Shown in pieces: positions 13,401 to 46,604 of a stretch of 64,000 bases of DNA. The notes beneath the pieces are model-generated. The model was not told the origin of the DNA. It ran no database searches and worked only from the letters and a program-made list of their open reading frames with translations. A program made the translations under genes and the position numbers. The stretch's first letter is position 1. Every line of letters starts with the position of its first letter. The stretch is from Tubiluchus corallicola (lineage: Eukaryota > Animalia > Priapulida): positions 55,653 to 119,652 of the forward strand of contig JAQGDQ010000478.1 of NCBI GenBank assembly GCA_030141605.1, written 5' to 3'.

Positions 13401-14128
13401 GTGCATGAGTAAATGTGTATAAGTGTAATATGTACATAAGCAAATGTGTATAAGTGTAATATGTACATAAGCAAATGTGTATAAGTGTAATATGTACATA
13501 AGTAAATGTGTATAAGTGTAATATGTACATAAGTAAATGTGTATAAGTGTAATATGTACATAAGTAAATGTACACATACGACGCCACATTTAACTTTTAT
13601 GCACAACTGCGTCTTATTTTTTGTATTTTTGTCTTAATGATTCAGTTGAACTATAACTGAGCATTTTCATGAGCAAGAGAATAACTGAGTAGTTACGGTG
13701 CATGTTTGGCTGTTGACAGCAAATGGATGGGTGACCGTGGAAAAATTGCTGTTGAGCAACATCTGCTGTCCTGCAGCCGTTTGTTTTTCTCGTTGAGGAA
13801 TGATGTACGTCTGAATGACCTATACAACTGTGCCAGTTCAATGTCTCATATTTGAAAATCATCTTTACTAATAAGCAAGATTCCAGTCCAACCACAACCT
13901 CCATTGAACTTGTAGTATCTTTACTGTTGCATGTTGCTTTTTGGTTTCCAGCAGTGTTACAAACTGTACGATGTTTTGAATTTTACAGATGAATTGAGAC
14001 AGCTATTTCTTAGTGCCGGGTTAACAGAAGAACAAAATTTAACAGATCGACGTTTACAAGTGAATCGAGGACGTCAGCTGAAAATGTACCGTGTGTGGAT
14101 TCAGTGTAAATACCGGAAACCTTTGTAA
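4494..14128 (+). CDS. METTL2: tRNA N3-methylcytidine (m3C) methyltransferase METTL2 homolog, 8 coding exons, about 343 aa
   Basis: Exons 4494-4570, 5653-5744, 7830-8178, 8450-8510, 10642-10781, 11775-11881, 12728-12793, 13989-14128. All introns are GT-AG, phases match, total 1032 nt. Translation has [47 protein letters not shown] (SAM motif I), [37 protein letters not shown] and [18 protein letters not shown], recognised as METTL2 family motifs. Confidence 0.95.
4915..5513. mobile_element. dispersed TTAA-ended repeat, copy in METTL2 intron 1
   Basis: Diverged reverse complement of 41528-42115 (e.g. TTAAGATTGGGTCCGATTTTGCTTTAAG vs CTTAAAGCAAAACCGCACCCAATCTTAA). Confidence 0.65.
6110..7380. 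repeat. 24-bp minisatellite (TTTTAAAGTGCTGTTTGACAGTTG)n in METTL2 intron 2
   Basis: About 50 units; source of the spurious FKVLFDSC ORFs. Confidence 0.95.
8728..10617. repeat. 40-bp minisatellite (ACTGCTACACTTTAACGTTCATAGTGGTAGTTTTAGACTC)n in METTL2 intron 4
   Basis: About 47 near-identical units ending about 24 nt before the exon 5 acceptor. Confidence 0.97.
11087..11568. mobile_element. hAT (Charlie-like) non-autonomous element
   Basis: TIRs CAAGGGTGTGCAAATT and AATTTGCACACCCCTG, subterminal CGGGCC motifs, 8-bp TSD GTTTAGAA/GTTTAGAT. Confidence 0.85.
12022..12610 (+). mobile_element. dispersed repeat starting TTAA-AGGACAAGAAAAGG (Kolobok-like end)
   Basis: Collinear with 56226-56815 and, in reverse complement, with 3925-4080. 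Superfamily inferred only from TTAA plus purine terminus. Confidence 0.7.
12830..13575. repeat. 31-bp minisatellite (GTGTAATATGTGCATGAGTAAATGTGTATAA)n in METTL2 intron 7
   Basis: About 24 units starting about 35 nt after the donor. Confidence 0.95.
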
Positions 14129-14273
14129 GTGTCAGCGAACAGTGTAGTGACTTTTAAAATGTTCTTTGTTTTGCGTTGTATGCAGTGTTGTGCGGCAGAT
14201 TGTGGAGCAATGCACGCAACCAGCTAGGGTGGTTGTGTGATCTGCTGCTAATGCAGTTTTTCATAATAGAGGG

Positions 14274-14949
<676 letters not shown>

Positions 14950-16354
14950 ATAGAGGGAATTTTCGAGACCTAAGGCAGGATGGAAATTCTGAAATGCAAA
15001 CTTTCTGAATTATGAAAGTAATACTTTTTAATAAGACTATTTTTAACCGCATTTATCTAGATAGAATTCATTGTATTCTATTGTCATAGTCTATCGTGAT
15101 GCTAAAGTTTTCGCTGGGGTGTTTTGGGTAGAGCTAACAACCGACATTGGAAGGTTTATCAGACTGTTTTTGTCTTTGCAATGTTTGTGTGAAACAGAAG
15201 AAATCACTGAATGAAAACATGGTTTAAAATTACAAATCAAAATTATTAATAAACTGTAAATTAAATGCTCGCATCTGCGACATAGTCGTATCTTAAAGCA
15301 AACTGGTAATACAGAGCAATGCAACACAGAGCAGTGCGAGAGTAATGCCTTACGAAGAGTAATTATTTTTGAAAATTGAGGACAATTACTGGGCATGTTG
15401 GAAATTTGAGGGCATACAGTCGGTGCCTGCGGAGTGGAGTGTGCTGGGATGGCTGCATGTGGGTGTGTTATCTGAAAAAGTTGGTTTTTCAGGTGATTAT
15501 TAATACAATTAAAGCAAGAACTCGGGACTTAAATGCAATTTGTGAGTTACTTTGTTGTATTTCATTTAGTTAATAATAAAAAGTTACCTTGGCGCGAGGC
15601 CCCCTGGCGGGTGAGGCCCCGGGGAAGTATCCCAACTTTCCCCCCTTGAAATAGGCCCTGGCTGCATGTGGGTGTGTTATCTGAAAAAGTTGTTTTTTTC
15701 AGTAAAAAAATTAAACTTTGTTTTTTCAGGTGATTATTAATACAATTCAAGCAAAAACTTGGGACATAAATGCAATTTGTGAGTTACTTTTTTGTATTTC
15801 ATTTAGTTAATAATAAAAAGTTACTTCGTTTTTTAAATTCTTCTGCAATTTGTTTTGAATCAACAAAATATTATGGACGTCTTCAAAAGTTTGTTTCAAA
15901 ATAATGGCTTGAACTCCCGCCTTGTAATGTAATTTTAAGAGTTCAAGTTACCAAACTTATACACAGTTTCTCTTGACAAGTATCAACATTACTTGTAGCC
16001 AGGTTCTTAAGTTAGGGGGAGCCACCACTTAAAAAAGGTACCGTGACACATACCAAACAATCTTTAACGCTTTTATTATACATATTATAATACATATTAT
16101 ACACATTTTATTATACATTATTCTTCTGATTAATGATGATTGCAGTATTAATCCGCTAACTACCAGCAGACTCATATAGCGCTACATACTGTAAGGGCCC
16201 ACTAGACCCATTAAACTTTTCACACAAAAACGCACTGTGTTTTTAAAAGTATAGCTTCTAATACAATTGTACTTTTTGGATGTTTGTAAAATGTTTTCAG
16301 TATGCATTCGTTCATGTTGTGTGTAAAATGTTCAGCATCTCAATTTCTAAAGAG

Positions 16355-16915
16355 GTGTAGGCCTGGTGTAGGCATAGTGTCAGCCTGGTGTAGACATAGT
16401 GTCAGCCTGGTGTAGACATAGTGTAGGCATAGTGTTGGCCTGGTGTAGACATAGTATAGGCATAGTGTAGGCCTGGTGAAGGCATGGTGTAGGCCTGGTG
16501 AAGGCATGGTGTAGGCCTGGTGAAGGCATGGTATAGGCCTGGTGTAGGCATAGTGTTGGCCTGGTGTAGGCATAGTGTTGGCCTGGTGTAGACATAGTGT
16601 AGGCATAGTGTTGGCCTGGTGCAGACATAGTGTAGGCATAGTGTTGGCCTGGTGCAGACATAGTGTAGGCATGGTGTCGGCCTGGTGGAGGCCTGGTGAA
16701 GGCATGGTGTAGGCATAGTGTTGGCCTGGTGCAGACATAGTGTAGGCATGGTGTCGGCCTGGTGGAGGCATAGTGTAGGCCTGGTGTAGGCATGGTGCAG
16801 GCATAGTGTTGGCCTGGTGTAGACATAGTGTAGGCCTGGTGGAGGCATAGTGTACGCATGGTGTCGGCCTGGTGGAGGCATAGTGTAGGCCTGGTGGAGG
16901 CATAGTGTAGGCCTG
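16355..16915. repeat. G-rich compound minisatellite of GGCCTGGTG and GGCAT(A/G)GTGT modules
   Basis: Irregular concatenation of 10-12-bp modules with strong G/C strand asymmetry. Confidence 0.9.
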
Positions 16916-17244
16916 CAATTTGCTCACAGCATGAGCGAATGCAAACGTTTTTCCTGCACACGTTAGGTCTTTGTATTTACTTAACTTGCTTTTTTACACA
17001 TTTGCATCTTGGTCTCCTACTGCTCCAGCGACTTCAGGCAATGAATTAAAATGTGTTTGCTCCTAGAAACTGTAGAAAACTTTGTAACGGACTGCATAAA
17101 AGGAAGCGCTTGCAGAAAGTTTTAGTCGACAGCATACTATGAAATTGTGTTCAACGGTGAAAGACTATTTCTAGTTTACACATGCTATACTATTATTTAC
17201 AATGAACATCAATTTTTGAAGTTCCTTCCCAGTCGCAATACATA

Positions 17245-17451
17245 TGTAACGTCTTGGCAACATTGTTAGAAGCTTTATAGAACATTTAACATAAATCTTT
17301 CTTGCTTATTAATCTGTTTATTCACAAAGACTGCTGCCATGATAAGTCTAGAGAAATGTAACGCCTCGTGGCTTGCCCGCTAAAAACAGTGAGGGGAAAC
17401 CTTAATGAGCACAAACATTAAAATATAAACCATAGATAAGAACACATCACA
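17245..17451 (+). mobile_element. about 210-bp TG...CA solo-LTR-like element, copy 1
   Basis: TGTAACGTCTTGGCAAC...AAGAACACATCACA, near-identical to 33009-33219 and 40695-40910. Confidence 0.75.
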
Positions 17452-17564
17452 CATTTCTCTTACGTTTTTGAGGTTTCTGGAGATACAGTAGATGGTTTAT
17501 GTTCTAAGTGAATTAAAACTAAACGCTAAACAGGAAGAACACTTACTTTGGAGCACCAAAAGTG

Positions 17565-18734
17565 TTACTTTTGTTCAGTATGTCCATCTTGTAAGATTTG
17601 AGGCTACAGCTTCGACGAGGGCACCATTAGCGGCGGTCTATACATCAAACGAAAGGTCTCGATCTAGTGTCGTCTCATTGGGGGTTTATTTTTCGAATCG
17701 GGCACACCGGGAAGGAACGGGAGGCGAAAAAGCTCCAAAATGGCCATTTTTCGGCCGTTTTTTGCAAAAGTTATACGGCTGAGATGTAGAGAACGGGAAT
17801 GGGCCGAGGGTGGTGCTGGGTGTGGATAGATAGCCCGTTCGGCGGTGGGTGTCATAGGCTTATTTAGAGTTCCCGAGAGGGCCACGGCGCCCTGCAGCGG
17901 GCGTTTTCCCGGACCCAACTCGCGATTTTTCGAAATTTTGATAAAACAGCCTGCGGAAAAAACGTTCTAGCGGCGCCCGGTGGGACTCTCGGAAGGAGAT
18001 ATACGGCTCATCAGAAAGAGGAAGGACAGGGCTACACGATGATGTGGGTTATATTTTAGGGTAGGTCCACCGAGAGGAGTATTGGCGAGTTAATTAGGAG
18101 TTCTATTTTCGGCAATTTTCGCTTAGAAAACTGCTGACGCAAAGGCATTGTTGTGACGTCATCCATTGTACTCTACTCTGCTTATAACTTTAATTCAGCA
18201 AAAAGCTACAGGCTTTGCGTTAGTTAAACAAACAGTAGGCATGATGTCAAGGGCTTTGTGTAATAAATGAGGACTACCGGGTAGGTAGGATGTTCGCGTA
18301 TTATTGATTACACGTGGTTTTTTACGCAAAATCTTTTGCTGGGCCTTTGCTAGTAATAATTATTTTTCTTCTACCTGTGCCCTCGTGCTAAATATAGCCT
18401 GTATCCCACGGGATACATTGGGATTCAATGGAAGCATAAAATCTGCTTCATTTTGCAACTGCTGATAATTCTTTAAAGTATTTAAGACATTTAGTATGCA
18501 TGCTATGCTGATCTGTACAAAGTCATCTCTAAAGTACTGTACCTTGCGCAGTTTTTTTATGCTATGTAGATTTTCTAGTTTGTCATTTTATCACCATTTT
18601 TAGTCTATTGTTATTGGCTTAAATCAAAATAACTATTTACAGATCAAATAACTGTCAGTTTTAAAATTTTGTTAATTTTAAAGGCAGAAAATATTCTCGT
18701 ATCCCACGGCCTACAACGGGTATGAAAGGATTAA
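17565..18734. mobile_element. longer, inverted relative of the piggyBac-type element
   Basis: 18362-18734 is the reverse complement of about 21984-22350, and 17565-17592 matches about 22357-22383; a GC-rich segment lies between; left TIR not found. Confidence 0.7.
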
Positions 18735-19238
18735 CAAATAGTTCATAATCAACTGCAAAAACACCCCCTCGTTCACGGTCAACCCGTCCTCCCTCAGTTA
18801 CCCCCCCCCCCCCCCAATATTGAAATTTTCTCATGTAAATTAAATTATAATGGTAACTGTGTGTTGAACTTTCCGTGTATTATACTATACTAATAAACTG
18901 TAGCTTAGTACGTATCTACAGCTTGTCTTGTTGAGTTTGAATTTATGTCCCCATTGTATTCAATATGAGTCGTGACTATACAGCTTTTTCATCTTTCATT
19001 TTCTGCTTTCCGTTCTAAAGACTTTGATTCTTATAGGTTTGTTTGCCATAATTATTAAATGTTACTGTAAGAAACTGGAGGCAAAAGCAGGGTAACGTAT
19101 TACCAATGTCTGTGTGCCTGTGAAAATTACTTAATATTAGGAAACTGTGTCCATATAAAACAAAAGTAAAAGTGTTTTGTTCACAGGAAACAGTTGCTGG
19201 CATCGATGAATTGCCTGTAACACAAGTAGTTCGTTTCT

Positions 19239-19800
19239 GTGAATAAAACTTCTGTACATTCAAGTAATTACGGTCATCCAATATTGCCGAATTGTAACTG
19301 TGGATTTCGATTTGAGTTTGTTGAACACTTTTTGTTGCACTGCCCATTGTATCAACTATCTAGGGTAGTTATGTTTGATAAATTAAATGAAATACTTCTG
19401 CCCGAAAACCTTAATATAGCTGTCTTAGGAAATAATGATCTGTTGAAGTTGTTATTATTCGGTAAAGATGAATTTAACTATGTTACTAACTGTAAAATAT
19501 TCCAATGTATACATGACTTTATATTATGTACTAAACGCTTCCAGTAGTTTCTATCTGATATAAAATGCATCATTCTTAAATAATCGTACATCAATATTTA
19601 CTAACCGTCATTTTTTACTAATGTCTAATGTATCACTGTAGTAAAACTTTAGTATACTAAAGTATACTAAAAACTAAGTATAGTCTATTCTTACTGTAAA
19701 TGTTCTTGTAAATAGTGTATAAAGTCTGTTGTGGTGAGGATCTTAAATCATGTTGTACAAACTATCTGATCCAATCCTAAATAAATTATGTTTAAACTGA
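19239..19800 (+). mobile_element. 5'-truncated LINE 3' end (CR1/L2-group-like)
   Basis: Peptide CNCG..E.VEHFLLHCPLY..R..LLLFG..FI..TKRF resembles the Cys/His C-terminus of non-LTR ORF2; AT-rich 3'UTR with AATAAA at about 19780. Confidence 0.7.
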
Positions 19801-20134
19801 ACTAATTACATATACAGTATGTTATTGTTCTTGCTAAACTTAAAAATTAATGAATTACTTGCAGAATTTGGCGCCCTGCGCAATAGCCTAGTGGTAGACC
19901 CGCACGTATGGCCCTTGTCTATTAACTTGCTTGAGTTGGGTTGCCCCTCTCAAGATAGACTCCAGCTGTAGTGAATATGGGAATCAGTCAGTGATTGTCT
20001 AAGGGGGAATAATAACATTGCGTCTTGCTGGATAACGGCGCAGAATAACGGTCTGCCGGGTGGATGATCTCATCCGTATCGACTCATTACTTTGCCCATT
20101 CTCTGTTTATTGTACAAGCTCACGTGTGGTGCAT

Positions 20135-20175
20135 TCCACCAATCACGGCTCGCCTCAGCTGCCGTATATAATGGG
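20135..20175 (+). promoter_or_regulatory. alpha-tubulin core promoter (CCAAT and TATA)
   Basis: CCAATCA at about 20139 and TATATAA at about 20166, roughly 130 bp upstream of the ATG mini-exon, in a locally CpG-rich patch. Confidence 0.6.
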
Positions 20176-20299
20176 CGTTGCCGCGAGAATTTTCAATCTT
20201 CTCCCCAGCGGCCACATAACGTGTCGTATCGGAGAATCTCTACGCCGTTCCATCGCTTAGAATTTACTTGAAGAGGAGGCAGAATCATCAGCAACGAAA

Positions 20300-24195
<3,896 letters not shown>

Positions 24196-25025
24196 ATTTC
24201 TACGCCAATAATAAAAGATTCATCGATTTGCTTTTAGTATTGCACAAAATCTCCTGGGCAAAATCAAATCAAAATATTTTACACCACAGATGATTTATTT
24301 TTATTGCACTTTATTGGTCTGTAATCATTTTATATAAGTTTTTAATGAGTCATAATAATGTATTTACTATATGAGTCGGTTCAAAATTTTGTACCATCTT
24401 TCATTTTTACTTATTTACTTCAATTAGTGTGTATTGTTGCCAAATATGGTAAAAAACCAAAACTTTGTGACACTTTAATGTGGCTAGTCGTCATTTTTGT
24501 TCATTTACTGCTGAATAAATTCACTTGCACAGATATACTATGTTCTGTTGCAGATTTGTTTTATTTTACACACAACTAGCAACCAGTGATCTTACACATC
24601 TTACATTTACGTTATTTTATTGTGTGCGGATAGTTGATATTCGGATAGTTGATATTCGGATAGTTGATATTTGGCTAGTAGTTTTGGTTAATAGTCGTGC
24701 TTGAAATCTGTTTCCTAAAATTGATTGTGATTTGGTTCATATAATTACTTATTGAAATGATATTTCAGTCAGTAATTTTGTTTTTTCCTCAGATTTAAAT
24801 AGATAGCTTAACCTACCAGGAACCCCCCTTTTATTAGCAGTTTCATGCCCTGACCTCAGTTCAACATTAATAACTTTATCTTTGTAATTTTATACGAAGT
24901 ACTAGCTTCACTGATACATTTCAGTTCCTTGCAGGGCACTCATACAGCATGAGGCATAATAATCTATATTAAAGCCATGTCCTGCTTGCTAACGGACAGC
25001 TTATCTTTTGATCTGTTAGCTTTAA

Positions 25026-25550
25026 CATTACCATTCTATCAATATCAGACATTCCTGATACATTGCCATCCTATCAATACTGGACATTCCTGATACATTA
25101 CCATTCTATCGATATTGGACATTCCTGATACATTACCATTCTATCGATATCAGACATTCCTGATACATTACCATTCTATCAATATCAGACATTCCTGATA
25201 CATTACCATTCTATCAATATCGGACATTCCTGATACATTACCATTCTATCAATATCGGACATTCCTGATACATTGCCATTCTATCAATATCGGACATTCC
25301 TGATACATTACCATTCTATCAATATCGGACATTCCTGATACATTACCATTCTATCAATATCAGACATTCCTGATACATTACCATTCTATCAATATCGGAC
25401 ATTCCTGATACATTGCCATTCTATCAATATCGGACATTCCTGATACATTGCCATTCTATCAATATCGGACATTCCTGATACATTACCATTCTATCAATAT
25501 CGGACATTCTTGATACGTTACCATTCTATTCATTTCGGACATTCCTGACT
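25026..25550. repeat. 35-bp minisatellite (CATTACCATTCTATCAATATCGGACATTCCTGATA)n
   Basis: About 15 units; period from 25166 to 25201. Confidence 0.95.
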
Positions 25551-27233
25551 CAGCAATTCTGCTTTTAATTGGTGCAACCTGTTTTTTTGTGCAAGCTTAA
25601 ACCTCAGATATTTTCATTCATTAGTACATGTGTATTCTAGCTTTACAAAACAGAGTTTTGAATATTGAACTGCTATTAGTGTATCACACTTCGTAAACTA
25701 CAGACAAATTCTGGAAAATACTACACTGTGCCAAACTGTACGTGGGTTTAGCTACGCCACACTATGCAAGCAGGTTTTTACTGCCCAAATTTTCTTAATT
25801 ATTATATTTAACAAAGGTGCACAGCAGTAATGAGTAGTTATGGGGTTGGGCGACTTACACAGAAATTGATTAGAAGATTGTAGTCGGAACGAGTGGGTAG
25901 CATAATAATTGTTCAAAGCTAGCCTAAACCGCAGCATACATTATTGATTAATGCTGACTGTAGGTCGTGATTCATCAATAACGCCAATGCATTTGAAGCT
26001 GGGCCTCGTGTATAAGGCTGAAGTGCTTAGAGCTCCCTAGGCATTTGTGGGAATTAGGCATATATAATTGTCTCAACAATCATAATTATTTGGTGTTTCT
26101 TAATAAAATAAAGTATGGTACATATCAAACACGAAACAGCATCGCATGAAACACGTTTTTATTTGTGTAACGAACTTATTTGAAACGTGTAATCAATAAT
26201 TATAAGACACCTATGTAAGGTAAACATATTTTAATAGACACATACACAAATTACTACTAGCATAGCATAGAATTAATTAAAATTACCAATTCTCACTTCA
26301 GAGCATTATAATTATTCCCGTCGGTATTTTAGGTTGTTGGTTTGTTACAGTTATTCAACACTTACTAAACCCTGTTGTTGATCATTTTATGAAAAACTGG
26401 CATGATTTTTATGAAAAAAAATGTGGAAGATTACATATTTGAATTTCTTAATGTACTAAAATTTTGTGCTTTACTGAATATTTTTTATCCAGCCTGATTA
26501 TAAAGAGCATTAAACTTATTAAGTTGATAAATGAAATATGATCTGTGGTTCAGAGTTTCAGTCATATTATTAACTCAGAATAACTCAACATTAAAAATTC
26601 TGATGCTGTTATGAATGAAAATCATAATTTTGTTATACATGCAAAATAAAGATTTATTGTTAACAATAATTGTAGCTCATGGATGGGAAAATATTTTCTA
26701 CAGAATGTACCTACACGTGAAGTAAAGCAATATTTGTATCGAATAAGCTGAACTAAAGTGATTCATAAAAAAAACGAAATCATACTTCATAAAAAAACTA
26801 AACCAGCGTTTTGCATATTCTAGTAGGTCTGTTTTTTTTTGGTTATTTCGCATTTAGGAATATTTCATGATACCTGCAATGGCACGCGGAGTCTGGAGAA
26901 AAGGCTAAAAACTAGCGAACTACTATGTGTATTTATTCATCATCGTCATCATCATCATCATCATCACTATGTGTATTAATTTCTACACTAAGAACTGGTT
27001 CATCTATAAATAATAAGTAAGATTGCCAAAAAATTTAATTCAAGCCCTGTGCGTCACATTTTATGCATTTTATTGACAATTACCAAACTTCATCTTGTGG
27101 GAAGTGTTTTTTTCTTCTCATAGATGGCGCTAGCATGTTGGCTAGTACCAGGATGTTGAACTGGCAGGAAGCCATGCACGTGTCGTGAAGCCGATGTGAA
27201 TTAATTTACGTTCCAAGCTGATATTGCATTGAA

Positions 27234-27408
27234 TGACGTCAGGCGTTCGTCACATTGAAGCAATCAATGTTAAGAATTCAACGTATGGTGAGAAACTTTA
27301 GTCTCTGCTTCCCACGTGCGTCATCAATGACGTCATTTGCAAGGGAAGACGGGAATGATGCCTGTAGTGTATATGATGCGGGCCTAGACTTTCCCAGCAG
27401 TATAAATA
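27234..27408 (+). promoter_or_regulatory. CRE-CRE-TATA module, candidate distal NR4A promoter
   Basis: TGACGTCA at 27234 and 27328, extra CGTCA half-sites, TATAAATA at 27401. Confidence 0.6.
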
Positions 27409-28433
27409 TAGACGGCTAAGAGACGGAGAGTCACAACGTTTATTTGGTGCATGAATGGTGTGTATTTTCACGTAGTATGTTTGGAATTAAATAAATCAGA
27501 GCGTGATTTGCATAATTTATACATAATTAATTGTAGTAAAATGTTGGTGGTAGTTTAGCTCCTTGTGGTTTTGGCTAAATTACGTTGCGTTTTTGATGTG
27601 TTACCACACAGTTGTTGTTCAAACGAGTTTAAAACTGATTTGTTGTGTGTTTTCTAATCCACGGCACTCTTGCCTCAGGCTGCAAATGTTATTCTTGCAC
27701 GTTTGTGTTTATGTAGTGCTCATAGATACGGAAATGACAAGTTCTACCTGTCATTATAAACTTTCACAGCAGGGCGTTGTTCATCTGTTACCTGGGATTT
27801 ATGTTGACGTATTTTAATGAAAATTTTGGTAAAAACTCGGCGGTCGTGACAGCGTAAAATTAATCACCGTACAGCTGCAGTTATCATCACAGGATGTGAT
27901 CAACTCAACAAAAACAACTCACCTGTTTAGAATGCATACACCTGTATGAGTTTTAGTGAATGAGTTACCTTGATTTCACTCGTGTTTCATGCTGGAGAGA
28001 TTAGGCACACGACGTAGTGCTAGATGTTTTGATTAGAATAAGTGTTCTTGGTGTGACCCATTGATTAAAATTTTGAGCGTGTTGAATTCACACTATGACA
28101 GTGTCAAAATTTCTGATATCACTTATTAATTGATAAACGATTTACGACATTTCGTACACACATGTTGGAACGCACGCACGCACGCATCTCAAATTGCTGG
28201 TTCTGAAACACTGTGTTTATTATAGAAGTGTTTATTTTTCCTTACTTTTCGATATAAGATCTACTCTAACACTGATTTCTTCTTTGGTTCAAAGATTCAA
28301 TGCTTCTGTGAAGTCTAGGCTCCCTATAACTTGATTCAAGGAATTCGTTTAAAAGGGGTTATTTCTGTCTACTTTTACGTTTCTCCTACTTTTCTTTTGA
28401 AGTGTCAATATGCAGGTCGATAGGTGTTCATTA

Positions 28434-28460
28434 TTACGTCAGCGTTATGAAATGACGTCA
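28434..28460. promoter_or_regulatory. paired CRE-like sites
   Basis: TTACGTCA at 28434 and TGACGTCA at 28453. Confidence 0.45.
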
Positions 28461-29264
28461 GAGTTGACGCAGTTTAGAACAACAAATGAACGATTTAAAA
28501 TTTTTTCCGCTTTCTTGCATCAAACAAGTATTTACGATACCTTAAACGATTTTTTACTTATGTTTTGCAAGTGTTTTTAAAATACGAATATATTTATAAC
28601 GTTTTAAGCCTTATTTTCAGCTCAGTATTTAGCTACCAAGCAATTCGAGTCAAATCTCACAAATGATTTTGCTTAACAATTTCAAGTATTGTAGCCATAT
28701 TGTCGCAGTAGTCTGTGATATTATTTTATTGAGATGCCAACGTGAAATTCATTTCAGTTTGCTGTATGTACACATCCCAGAATAATGACGTTACAACTTG
28801 TAAATTATTGGCTAAAGTTACGTACTTTCAAAACTCACTATGGTTGAACGCATGGTTGGTTGTGGAGTGTGGTTTTATAGTTTTAATACAAATATTTAGT
28901 TGTTTGTTGTTCTTAAATTGTCTCCCGCGTTGTTCGAGAGCTTCGCGTAGTTTTTGTGTATACTTTCGTAAATTAGTTCGCTCTTCACTGAAGTCTGAAG
29001 AGAGCCGTATATGAGTAGGTATAATACGAAACGTTGTTTATACAACCGTGCTTCTGTTTGAGAGATGAGAAGGGAGAGGGTATACAAAGGGGGAAGGAGG
29101 TGGGAAAGGAACAGGGACGACTAGAGTGTGTCATGTGTGGGGAGAAAGAGGGAAAGAATGAGAGAGATTTTGTTTGATTCGGTTTGATTTAATTTTTATT
29201 GCATACATAATTTGTAAAAGAACAAATCATATTCAACAATTACGATTTACAGAAAGAGAAACAT

Positions 29265-29271
29265 AGAGAGA

Positions 29272-29310
<39 letters not shown>
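29265..29310. repeat. (GA)n microsatellite
   Basis: Directly visible. Confidence 0.9.
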
Positions 29311-29314
<4 letters not shown>

Positions 29315-30279
29315 GAGAAGGGTAGTAGTTCTCAGCTCTTTAATAATATTTTCATTAAATTTTGCCGCGCATTACACGACTCTCCGTTGATGAACACGCA
29401 TTGACCTTGATAGTTAGAGAATCAACGATAATTACCCATCAATCTGTCAGTTAATAATCCACAGGAAAAACTTCTGACCTCACGCTTTGCCGTTAGATCG
29501 TGATTTTACAGATTTACAATTCAATAAACGAACAACTATAGAAGCACGAGTGCAACAGTGAAAAAACAATTCTGACTGTCAATTTCGGTGTTACCGAATT
29601 ATGGCATCTATATATCATTCTAGTCTTTGCTTCGGCTAATATGTCGTTTAGTTTCATTCAAGTTTGTAGGTTATTAGTAAATTCCTGTCACCTGTCACAA
29701 CTAAATGTCGTTACCTTTCAAAGATGAGTGTGTATTGCAAAGTATCTTAATTATGAGTGTGTGACAACTAAATTACTACTATGCATAAACCAGCAATCTT
29801 ACTATTCTTCTAGTTCGCTGAAGCTGATTTTTTATTGTCGATTTTTTGCGCTTCGATTATTGATTGTTTTGATTAGTAATCGTTTTGAGTTTCTTGTCTG
29901 AATCAACGGCTTTTTTGTCATGACTGAATGTTTAAATCCATAAGCGGCTTTCCTGTTAGACACGATAGGAAAATCCACGGGAAATAGATCTTCTGGGAAA
30001 AGTCAAAGATTTTATGAAACGGAAATAAGCGCTTCCCAAAATTTCCACTAACCTTTCCTACCATTTGCGCTTAAATTTCCATACTTCATACCCGGTATTT
30101 TTCCTCACCTGAATCTTATCTTTATTAGTTTGTACGTTTGATCTACAGTACGCTTTGTATACTCGCTTTACTATCTATCTACATGCTTGCAACGTCATTC
30201 TTTGCAGCTAATTTCATGATCATGACTAATCGTTACTCTATACATAGCTCCGAAGAAGCGCTGCCGTAGATTATACGTA

Positions 30280-30413
30280 TGACGTCATCGCGGCAGGTGA
30301 TGACGACATCAAAGAGATGCTGTTTCAGCCAACCGTGAACGCGGCGCAGCGGCGAGCCTCGTGATTGGCTGCCGACGCCTAGTAATGACGTGAGCGTGAC
30401 GTAGCGGTGACGT
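30280..30413 (+). promoter_or_regulatory. CRE-rich candidate proximal NR4A promoter
   Basis: TGACGTCA at 30280, ATTGG (inverted CCAAT) at 30364, TGACGT at 30386, 30397 and 30408; CpG-rich; about 115 bp upstream of the ATG at 30528. Confidence 0.65.
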
Positions 30414-30527
30414 GCATGTGTAGTTTCATCTGACTGCGCGGCATAAGAGTACTCGGTTTGTACTGAATCGAGTCAGTAGATTGTCAGTGGCACACGCGTT
30501 AATGAGCAACAATCGCTTGCTCGATCT

Positions 30528-46117
<15,590 letters not shown>

Positions 46118-46604
46118 ATTTGTCAAGCTGCTCATCTCCTGTTACCATCTTAACTACCATGCATATTTGTTAGAACTATTTCTGCATTGTTGTAGTGCTG
46201 CGTATTCAGTTTCTTTCGAAAAGTTATCAGTATTGTGCTTTTCTACTGTTGCACCAGTGGTGTGCACGTCTGAATGCTTGGAGTGCTCTGGGCTCAATAT
46301 TCTTGGTTTTTGACAAGTCAGCAAAGTTCACACACATCTCAAGGAACAAAATGTAGCATTTTTGATGATCCATTCATTTGAGACGCCATGCCATTTCTTC
46401 TCAACATAATGATATCTACTTGGTAAAGATTACTACAACTTGTGCAAGCATGGTCTGTTAACTTAACGAAGCCATCAATAACCATGTAGACTTTGAAATT
46501 CCAGCCAATTATATTCGTACAATTTACCAAGATAATGGCAAATCTAGATTCTTGCACTTCTGCAGTTGAAATGGTCTGTTTTAAATAATGGAAAATCCTT
46601 TGAA

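Noticed and set aside
12785-13606. Three overlapping His/Tyr/Thr-rich minus-strand ORFs of 255-273 aa
   Set aside because: All three frames are open because of a 31-bp repeat; no unique coding sequence.
16340-16961. Three overlapping minus-strand ORFs of 159-195 aa
   Set aside because: Minisatellite translation.
17600-18170. GC-rich island suggesting horizontal transfer or a promoter
   Set aside because: No credible ORF; it lies between two segments of a piggyBac-type element and is more simply TE internal sequence.
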